Source: Eledone cirrhosa
Lineage: Eukaryota
Assembly (NCBI GenBank): GCA_964016885.1
Contig: OZ024741.1
Span: 409,200,001 to 409,264,000 of the forward strand
DNA: 64,000 bases
Reading direction: 5' to 3'
Both the position numbers and the translations under genes were made by a program. Positions within the stretch are counted from its first letter, which is position 1. Every line of letters starts with the position of its first letter. A model generated the notes under the pieces. That model did not search any database. It saw only the letters and a list, made by a program, of their open reading frames with translations, and had not been told where the DNA came from. Of this stretch, positions 55,200 through 64,000 are shown piece by piece.

Positions 55200-58100
55200 T
55201 GTACCTATTTTAAAAGGAAGACTGTGTACGTATTTTAAAAGGGAGACTGTGTACCTATTTTAAAAAGAAGACTGTACCTATTTTAAAAGGAAGACTCTAC
55301 CTATTTTAAAAAGAAGACTGTACCTATTTTAAAAGGAAGACTGTACCTATTTTAAAAGGAAGATTGTGTACCTATTTTAAAAGAGAGACTGTACCTATTT
55401 TAAAAGGAAGACTGTACTTATTTTAAAAGGAAGACTGTACCTATTTTAAAAGGGAGACTGTGTACCTATTTTAAAAGGGAGACTGTACCTATTTTAAAAG
55501 GAAGACTGTGTACCTGTTTTAAAAGGGAGAGTGTACCTATTTTAAAAGGGAGACTGTACCTATTTTAAAAGGAAGACTGTACCTATTTTAAAAGGAAGAC
55601 TGTACCTATTTTAAAAGGAAGACTGTGTACCTATTTTAAAAGGAAGGCTGTGTACCTATTTTAAAAGGGAGACTATGTACCTATTTTAAGAGGAAGCAGA
55701 TACCTATTTTAAAAGGAAGACTGTGTACCTATTTTAAAAGGGAGACTGTACCTATTTTAAAAGGAAGACTGTATCTATTTTAAAAGGAAGACTGTACCTA
55801 TTTTAAAAGGAAGACTGTGTACCTATATTAAAAGGGAGACTGTGTACATATTTTAAAAGGAAGACTGTGTACCTATTTTAAAAGGGAGACTTACCTATTT
55901 TAAAAGGAAGACTGTACCTATTTTAAAAGGAAGACTGTACCTATTTTGAAAGGAAGACTGTGTACCTATTTTAAAAGGGAGACTGTACCTATTTTAAAAG
56001 GAAGACTCTACCTATTTTAAAAGGAAGACTGTACCTATTTTAAAAGGAAGACTGTGTACCTATTTTAAAAGGAAGACTGTACCTATTTTAAAATGAAGAC
56101 TGTGTACCTGTTTTAAAAGGGAGACTGTACCTATTTTAAAAGGGAGACTCTACCTATTTTAAAAGGAAGACTGTACCTATTTTAAAAGGAAGACTGTACC
56201 TATTTTAAAAGGAAGACTGTACCTATTTTAAAAGGGAGACTGTGTACCTATTTTAAAAGGGAGACTGTACCTATTTTAAAAGGAAGACTGTGTACGTATT
56301 TTAAAAGGGAGATGTACCTATTTTAAAAAGAAGACTGTACCTATTTTAAAAGGAAGACTCTACATATTTTAAAAGGAAGACTGTGTACCTATTTTAAAAG
56401 GGAGACTGCACCTATTTTAAAAGGGAGACTGTACCTATTTTAAAAGGAAGACTGTACCTCTTTTAAAAGGAAGACTGTACCTATTTTAAAAGGAAGACTG
56501 TGTACTTATTTTAAAAGGAAGACTGTGTACCTATTTTAAAAGGGAGACTTTGTACCTATTTTAAGAGGAAGCAGATACCTATTTTAAAAGGAAGACTGTG
56601 TACCTATTTTAAAAGGGAGACTGTACCTATTTTAAAAGGAAGACTGTATCTATTTTAAAAGGAAGACTGTACCTATTTTAAAAGGAAGACTGTGTACCTA
56701 TATTAAAAGGGAGACTGTGTACATATTTTAAAAGGAAGACTGTGTACCTATTTTAAAAGGGAGACTGTACCTATTTTAAAAGGAAGACTGTGTACGTATT
56801 TTAAAAGGGAGACTGTGTACCTATTTTAAAAAGAAGACTGTACCTATTTTAAAAGGAAGACTCTACCTATTTTAAAAAGAAGACTGTACCTATTTTAAAA
56901 GGAAGACTGTACCTATTTTAAAAGGAAGATTGTGTACCTATTTTAAAAGAGAGACTGTACCTATTTTAAAAGGAAGACTGTACTTATTTTAAAAGGAAGA
57001 CTGTACCTATTTTAAAAGGGAGACTGTGTACCTATTTTAAAAGGGAGACTGTACCTATTTTAAAAGGAAGACTGTGTACCTGTTTTAAAAGGGAGAGTGT
57101 ACCTATTTTAAAAGGGAGAATGTACCTATTTTAAAAGGAAGACTGTACCTATTTTAAAAGGAAGACTGTACCTATTTTAAAAGGAAGACTGTGTACCTAT
57201 TTTAAAAGGAAGGCTGTGTACCTATTTTAAAAGGGAGACTATGTACCTATTTTAAGAGGAAGCAGATACCTATTTTAAAAGGAAGACTGTGTACCTATTT
57301 TAAAAGGGAGACTGTACCTATTTTAAAAGGAAGACTGTATCTATTTTAAAAGGAAGACTGTACCTATTTTAAAAGGAAGACTGTGTACCTATATTAAAAG
57401 GGAGACTGTGTACATATTTTAAAAGGAAGACTGTGTACCTATTTTAAAAGGGAGACTTACCTATTTTAAAAGGAAGACTGTACCTATTTTAAAAGGAAGA
57501 CTGTACCTATTTTGAAAGGAAGACTGTGTACCTATTTTAAAAGGGAGACTGTACCTATTTTAAAAGGAAGACTCTACCTATTTTAAAAGGAAGACTGTAC
57601 CTATTTTAAAAGGAAGACTGTGTACCTATTTTAAAAGGAAGACTGTACCTATTTTAAGATGAAGACTGTGTACCTGTTTTAAAAGGGAGACTGTACCTAT
57701 TTTAAAAGGGAGACTCTACCTATTTTAAAAGGAAGACTGTACCTATTTTAAAAGGAAGACTGTACCTATTTTAAAAGGAAGACTGTACCTATTTTAAAAG
57801 GGAGACTGTGTACCTATTTTAAAAGGGAGACTGTACCTATTTTAAAAGGAAGACTGTGTACGTATTTTAAAAGGGAGATGTACCTATTTTAAAAAGAAGA
57901 CTGTACCTATTTTAAAAGGAAGACTCTACATATTTTAAAAGGAAGACTGTACCTATTTTAAAAGGAAGACTGTGTACTTATTTTAAAAGGAAGACTGTGT
58001 ACCTATTTTAAAAGGGAGACTATGTACCTATTTTAAGAGGAAGCAGATACCTATTTTAAAAGGAAGACTGTGTACCTATTTTAAAAGGGAGACTGTACCT

Positions 58101-61100
58101 ATTTTAAAAGGAAGACTGTATCTATTTTAAAAGGAAGACTGTACCTATTTTAAAATGAAGACTGTGTACCTGTTTTAAAAGGGAGACTGTACCTATTTTA
58201 AAAGGGAGACTCTACCTATTTTAAAAGGAAGACTGTACCTATTTTAAAAGGAAGACTGTACCTATTTTAAAAGGAAGACTGTACCTATTTTAAAAGGGAG
58301 ACTGTGTACCTATTTTAAAAGGGAGACTGTACCTATTTTAAAAGGAAGACTGTGTACGTATTTTAAAAGGGAGATGTACCTATTTTAAAAAGAAGACTGT
58401 ACCTATTTTAAAAGGAAGACTCTACATATTTTAAAATAAAGACTGTGTACCTATTTTAAAAGGGAGACTGCACCTATTTTAAAAGGGAGACTGTACCTAT
58501 TTTAAAAGGAAGACTGTACCTATTTTAAAAGGAAGACTGTACCTATTTTAAAAGGAAGACTGTTTACTTATTTTAAAAGGAAGACTGTGTACCTATTTTA
58601 AAAGGGAGACTGTACCTATTTTAAAAGGAAGACTGTATCTATTTTAAAAGGAAGACTGTACCTATTTTAAAAGGAAGACTGTACCTATTTTAAAATGAAG
58701 ACTGTGTACCTGTTTTAAAAGGGAGACTGTACCTATTTTAAAAGGGAGACTCTACCTATTTTAAAAGGAAGACTGTACCTATTTTAAAAGGAAGACTGTA
58801 CCTATTTTAAAAGGAAGACTGTACCTATTTTAAAAGGGAGACTGTGTACCTATTTTAAAAGGGAGACTGTACCTATTTTAAAAGGAAGACTGTGTACGTA
58901 TTTTAAAAGGGAGATGTACCTATTTTAAAAAGAAGACTGTACCTATTTTAAAAGGAAGACTCTACATATTTTAAAAGGAAGACTGTGTACCTATTTTAAA
59001 AGGGAGACTGCACCTATTTTAAAAGGGAGACTGTACCTATTTTAAAAGGAAGACTGTACCTATTTTAAAAGGAAGACTGTACCTATTTTAAAAGGAAGAC
59101 TGTTTACTTATTTTAAAAGGAAGACTGTGTACCTATTTTAAAAGGGAGACTGTACCTATTTTAAAAGGAAGACTGTATCTATTTTAAAAGGAAGACTGTA
59201 CCTATTTTAAAAGGAAGACTGTACCTATTTTAAAATGAAGACTGTGTACCTGTTTTAAAAGGGAGACTGTACCTATTTTAAAAGGGAGACTGTACCTATT
59301 TTAAAAGGAAGACTGTACCTATTTTAAAAGGAAGACTGTACCTATTTTAAAAGGAAGACTGTACCTATTTTAAAAGGGAGACTGTGTACCTATTTTAAAA
59401 GGGAGACTGTACCTATTTTAAAAGGAAGACTGTGTACGTATTTTAAAAGGGAGATGTACCTATTTTAAAAAGAAGACTGTACCTATTTTAAAAGGAAGAC
59501 TCTACATATTTTAAAAGGAAGACTGTGTACCTATTTTAAAAGGGAGACTGTACCTATTTTAAAAGGAAGACTGTATCTATTTTAAAAGGAATACTGTACC
59601 TATTTTAAAAGGAAGACTGTGTACCTATATTAAAAGGGAGACTGTGTACGTATTTTAAAAGGAAGACTGTACCTATTTTAAAAGGAAGACTGTACCTATT
59701 TTAAAAAGAAGACTGTGTACCTATTTTAAAAGGGAGACTGTACCTATTTTAAAAGGAAGACTCTACCTATTTTAAAAGGAAGACAGTACCTATTTTAAAA
59801 GAAAGACTGTGTACCTATTTTAAAAGGAAGACTGTACCTATTTTAAAATGAAGACTGTGTACCTGTTTTAAAAGGGAGACTGTGTACCTATTTTAAAAGG
59901 GAGATTGTGTACCTATTTTAAAAGGAAGACTGTACCTATTTTAAAATGAAGACTGTGTACCTGTTTTAAAAGGGAGACTGTGTACCTATTTTAAAAGGGA
60001 GACTGTGTACCTATTTTAAAAGGAAGACTGTACCTATTTTAAAAGGAAGACTGTACCTATTTTAAAAGGAAGACTGTACCTATTTTAAAAAGAAGACTGT
60101 ACCTATTTTAAAAGGAAGACTGTACCTATTTTAAAAGGAAGATTGTGTACCTATTTTAAAAGAGAGACTGTACCTATTTTAAAAGGAAGACTGTACTTAT
60201 TTTAAAAGGAAGACTGTACCTATTTTAAAAGATAGACTGTGTACCTATTTTAAAAGGGAGACTGTACCTATTTTAAAAGGAAGACTGTGTACCTGTTTTA
60301 AAAGGGAGAGTGTACCTATTTTAAAAGGGAGACTGTACCTATTTTAAAAGGAAGACTGTACCTATTTTAAAAGGAAGACTGTACCTATTTTAAAAGGAAG
60401 ACTGTGTACCTATTTTAAAAGGAAGGCTGTGTACCTATTTTAAAAGGGAGACTATGTACCTATTTTAAGAGGAAGCAGATACCTATTTTAAAAGGAAGAC
60501 TGTGTACCTATTTTAAAAGGGAGACTGTACCTATTTTAAAAGGAAGACTGTATCTATTTTAAAAGGAAGACTGTACCTATTTTAAAAGGAAGACTGTGTA
60601 CCTATATTAAAAGGGAGACTGTGTACATATTTTAAAAGGAAGACTGTGTACGTATTTTAAAAGGGAGACTGTGTACCTATTTTAAAAAGAAGACTGTACC
60701 TATTTTAAAAGGAAGACTCTACCTATTTTAAAAAGAAGACTGTACCTATTTTAAAAGGAAGACTGTACCTATTTTAAAAGGAAGATTGTGTACCTATTTT
60801 AAAAGAGAGACTGTACCTATTTTCAAAGGAAGACTGTACTTATTTTAAAAGGAAGACTGTACCTATTTTAAAAGGGAGACTGTGTACCTATTTTAAAAGG
60901 AAGACTGTACCTATTTTAAAAGGAAGACTGTGTACCTGTTTTAAAAGGGAGAGTGTACCTATTTTAAAAGGGAGACTGTACCTATTTTAAAAGGAAGACT
61001 GTACCTATTTTAAAAGGAAGACTGTACCTATTTTAAAAGGAAGACTGTGTACCTATTTTAAAAGGAAGGCTGTGTACCTATTTTAAAAGGGAGACTATGT

Positions 61101-64000
61101 ACCTATTTTAAGAGGAAGCAGATACCTATTTTAAAAGGAAGACTGTGTACCTATTTTAAAAGGGAGACTGTACCTATTTTAAAAGGAAGACTGTATCTAT
61201 TTTAAAAGGAAGACTGTACCTATTTTAAAAGGAAGACTGTGTACCTATATTAAAAGGGAGACTGTGTACATATTTTAAAAGGAAGACTGTGTACCTATTT
61301 TAAAAGGGAGACTTACCTATTTTAAAAGGAAGACTGTACCTATTTTAAAAGGAAGACTGTACCTATTTTGAAAGGAAGACTGTGTACCTATTTTAAAAGG
61401 GAGACTGTACCTATTTTAAAAGGAAGACTCTACCTATTTTAAAAGGAAGACTGTACCTATTTTAAAAGGAAGACTGTGTACCTATTTTAAAAGGAAGACT
61501 GTACCTATTTTAAAATGAAGACTGTGTACCTGTTTTAAAAGGGAGACTGTACCTATTTTAAAAGGGAGACTCTACCTATTTTAAAAGGAAGACTGTACCT
61601 ATTTTAAAAGGAAGACTGTACCTATTTTAAAAGGAAGACTGTACCTATTTTAAAAGGGAGACTGTGTACCTATTTTAAAAGGGAGACTGTACCTATTTTA
61701 AAAGGAAGACTGTGTACGTATTTTAAAAGGGAGATGTACCTATTTTAAAAAGAAGACTGTACCTATTTTAAAAGGAAGACTCTACATATTTTAAAAGGAA
61801 GACTGTGTACCTATTTTAAAAGGGAGACTGCACCTATTTTAAAAGGGAGACTGTACCTATTTTAAAAGGAAGACTGTACCTATTTTAAAAGGAAGACTGT
61901 ACCTATTTTAAAAGGAAGACTGTGTACTTATTTTAAAAGGAAGACTGTGTACCTATTTTAAAAGGGAGACTTTGTACCTATTTTAAGAGGAAGCAGATAC
62001 CTATTTTAAAAGGAAGACTGTGTACCTATTTTAAAAGGGAGACTGTACCTATTTTAAAAGGAAGACTGTATCTATTTTAAAAGGAAGACTGTACCTATTT
62101 TAAAAGGAAGACTGTGTACCTATATTAAAAGGGAGACTGTGTACATATTTTAAAAGGAAGACTGTGTACCTATTTTAAAAGGGAGACTGTACCTATTTTA
62201 AAAGGAAGACTGTGTACGTATTTTAAAAGGGAGACTGTGTACCTATTTTAAAAAGAAGACTGTACCTATTTTAAAAGGAAGACTCTACCTATTTTAAAAA
62301 GAAGACTGTACCTATTTTAAAAGGAAGACTGTACCTATTTTAAAAGGAAGATTGTGTACCTATTTTAAAAGAGAGACTGTACCTATTTTAAAAGGAAGAC
62401 TGTACTTATTTTAAAAGGAAGACTGTACCTATTTTAAAAGGGAGACTGTGTACCTATTTTAAAAGGGAGACTGTACCTATTTTAAAAGGAAGACTGTGTA
62501 CCTGTTTTAAAAGGGAGAGTGTACCTATTTTAAAAGGGAGACTGTACCTATTTTAAAAGGAAGACTGTACCTATTTTAAAAGGAAGACTGTACCTATTTT
62601 AAAAGGAAGACTGTGTACCTATTTTAAAAGGAAGGCTGTGTACCTATTTTAAAAGGGAGACTATGTACCTATTTTAAGAGGAAGCAGATACCTATTTTAA
62701 AAGGAAGACTGTGTACCTATTTTAAAAGGGAGACTGTACCTATTTTAAAAGGAAGACTGTATCTATTTTAAAAGGAAGACTGTACCTATTTTAAAAGGAA
62801 GACTGTGTACCTATTTTAAAAGGGAGACTTACCTATTTTAAAAGGAAGACTGTACCTATTTTAAAAGGAAGACTGTACCTATTTTGAAAGGAAGACTGTG
62901 TACCTATTTTAAAAGGGAGACTGTACCTATTTTAAAAGGAAGACTCTACCTATTTTAAAAGGAAGACTGTACCTATTTTAAAAGGAAGACTGTGTACCTA
63001 TTTTAAAAGGAAGACTGTACCTATTTTAAAATGAAGACTGTGTACCTGTTTTAAAAGGGAGACTGTACCTATTTTAAAAGGGAGACTCTACCTATTTTAA
63101 AAGGAAGACTGTACCTATTTTAAAAGGAAGACTGTACCTATTTTAAAAGGAAGACTGTACCTATTTTAAAAGGGAGACTGTGTACCTATTTTAAAAGGGA
63201 GACTGTACCTATTTTAAAAGGAAGACTGTGTACGTATTTTAAAAGGGAGATGTACCTATTTTAAAAAGAAGACTGTACCTATTTTAAAAGGAAGACTCTA
63301 CATATTTTAAAAGGAAGACTGTACGTATTTTAAAAGGAAGACTGTGTACTTATTTTAAAAGGAAGACTGTGTACCTATTTTAAAAGGGAGACTATGTACC
63401 TATTTTAAGAGGAAGCAGATACCTATTTTAAAAGGAAGACTGTGTACCTATTTTAAAAGGGAGACTGTACCTATTTTAAAAGGAAGACTGTATCTATTTT
63501 AAAAGGAAGACTGTACCTATTTTAAAAGGAAGACTGTACCTATTTTAAAATGAAGACTGTGTACCTGTTTTAAAAGGGAGACTGTACCTATTTTAAAAGG
63601 GAGACTCTACCTATTTTAAAAGGAAGACTGTACCTATTTTAAAAGGAAGACTGTACCTATTTTAAAAGGAAGACTGTACCTATTTTAAAAGGGAGACTGT
63701 GTACCTATTTTAAAAGGGAGACTGTACCTATTTTAAAAGGAAGACTGTGTACGTATTTTAAAAGGGAGATGTACCTATTTTAAAAAGAAGACTGTACCTA
63801 TTTTAAAAGGAAGACTCTACATATTTTAAAAGGAAGACTGTGTACCTATTTTAAAAGGGAGACTGCACCTATTTTAAAAGGGAGACTGTACCTATTTTAA
63901 AAGGAAGACTGTACCTATTTTAAAAGGAAGACTGTACCTATTTTAAAAGGGAGACTGTTTACTTATTTTAAAAGGAAGACTGTGTACCTATTTTAAAAGG
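55200..64000 (+). repeat. Block duplication of ~55,200-58,600 at ~60,640-64,000 (offset 5422, later 5395); each copy contains a 1566-bp period
   Basis: GGGAGAGTG at 55525/60947 and 57091/62513; GGGAGACTTTG at 56542/61964; TGTTTACTT at 58561/63956. Confidence 0.88.
58080..59580 (+). repeat. 540-bp HOR (~23 monomers), about 2.7 tandem copies
   Basis: The lines starting at 58141, 58681 and 59221 are identical; the private variant TGTTTACTTA occurs at 58561 and 59101. Confidence 0.9.

Larger units (their letters stand above)
1..64000 (+). repeat. Satellite DNA array of a 23-bp monomer GG(A/G)AGACTGTACCTATTTTAAAA with 25-bp (+TG) and 22-bp variants; single orientation; extends past both window edges
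   Basis: Every line consists of the same unit. Successive monomer starts at 79 (GGGAGACTGTACCTATTTTAAAA) and 102 give a 23-bp period. 25-bp example at 6-30; 22-bp example GGGAGACTTACC near 790. No reverse-complement units (TAGGTACAGTC) or unique stretches were seen. Confidence 0.99.

Noticed and set aside
1-64000. CRISPR array (23-25 bp, partly palindromic repeat)
   Set aside because: The repeats abut directly with no unique spacers, leader or cas genes; the variable part is only a few recurrent substitutions or indels.
1-64000. Protein-coding repeat ORF on either strand
   Set aside because: TTTTAAAA puts a TAA on both strands in nearly every monomer, and the minus strand also has TAG (ATAGG). 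Unit lengths of 22, 23 and 25 rotate the stops through all frames, so only short ORFs are expected. No six-frame translation was run.
1-64000. Telomerase-synthesised long telomeric repeat (budding yeasts such as Candida albicans and Kluyveromyces lactis have 23-25 bp units with TGTAC-like cores)
   Set aside because: The similarity is limited to unit length and TGTAC. There is no G-rich strand, the array is far longer than such telomeres, and multi-kb duplications of variant patterns indicate recombination or replication amplification rather than templated addition. A subtelomeric location is not excluded.
1-64000. Shine-Dalgarno-like (AAGGGAG/AAGGAAG, including GGGAGATG) or TATA-like (TATTTTAAAA) regulatory motifs
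   Set aside because: These are incidental parts of the monomer repeated thousands of times, with no downstream ORF or gene context.
1-64000. Information-encoding or synthetic code in the order of monomer variants
   Set aside because: The order is adequately explained by nested duplications, deletions and point mutations; nothing indicates a readout mechanism or design.
1-64000. Embedded transposon, tRNA/rRNA, inversion or unique island
   Set aside because: None was seen on reading through; even the most deviant stretches (~9,300-9,600 and ~54,770) still align to the monomer. A very short insertion could have been missed by eye.
1-64000. Strongly curved (kinetoplast-like) phased A-tract DNA
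   Set aside because: The tracts are T4A4 with a central TpA step, and they recur every 23-25 bp, which is not a multiple of ~10.5 bp, so coherent bending is not expected.
1-64000. Plasmid or viral iterons / origin repeats
   Set aside because: Iteron clusters have a handful of copies next to a rep gene; this array has thousands of copies and no coding sequence.

Overview
The whole 64,000-bp window is one uninterrupted, head-to-tail, AT-rich tandem-repeat (satellite DNA) array. I found no genes, RNA genes, transposon remnants, CRISPR spacers, inversions or unique sequence. The consensus monomer is 23 bp, GG(A/G)AGACTGTACCTATTTTAAAA (16/23 A+T for the GGAAG form). There is a common 25-bp variant (+TG, GACTGTGTACC) and rarer 22-bp variants (GACTTACC, GAGATGTACC), giving roughly 2,700 monomers. 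Rare monomer variants recur in a fixed order and reveal layered higher-order repeat (HOR) structure. An old ~0.8-0.9 kb unit appears to have doubled into a ~1.8 kb cycle. Younger block duplications then occurred at periods of about 98, 400, 540, 712, 1522, 1566 (twice, with different content), 2702, 2969, 3656, 4757/4851, 5422 and 7810 bp. A eukaryotic heterochromatic, centromeric or subtelomeric origin is an inference, and the organism and function cannot be determined from the sequence. I see no support for a novel protein-coding system. All offsets were read by eye from marker variants, and block boundaries are approximate (about one to two monomers).
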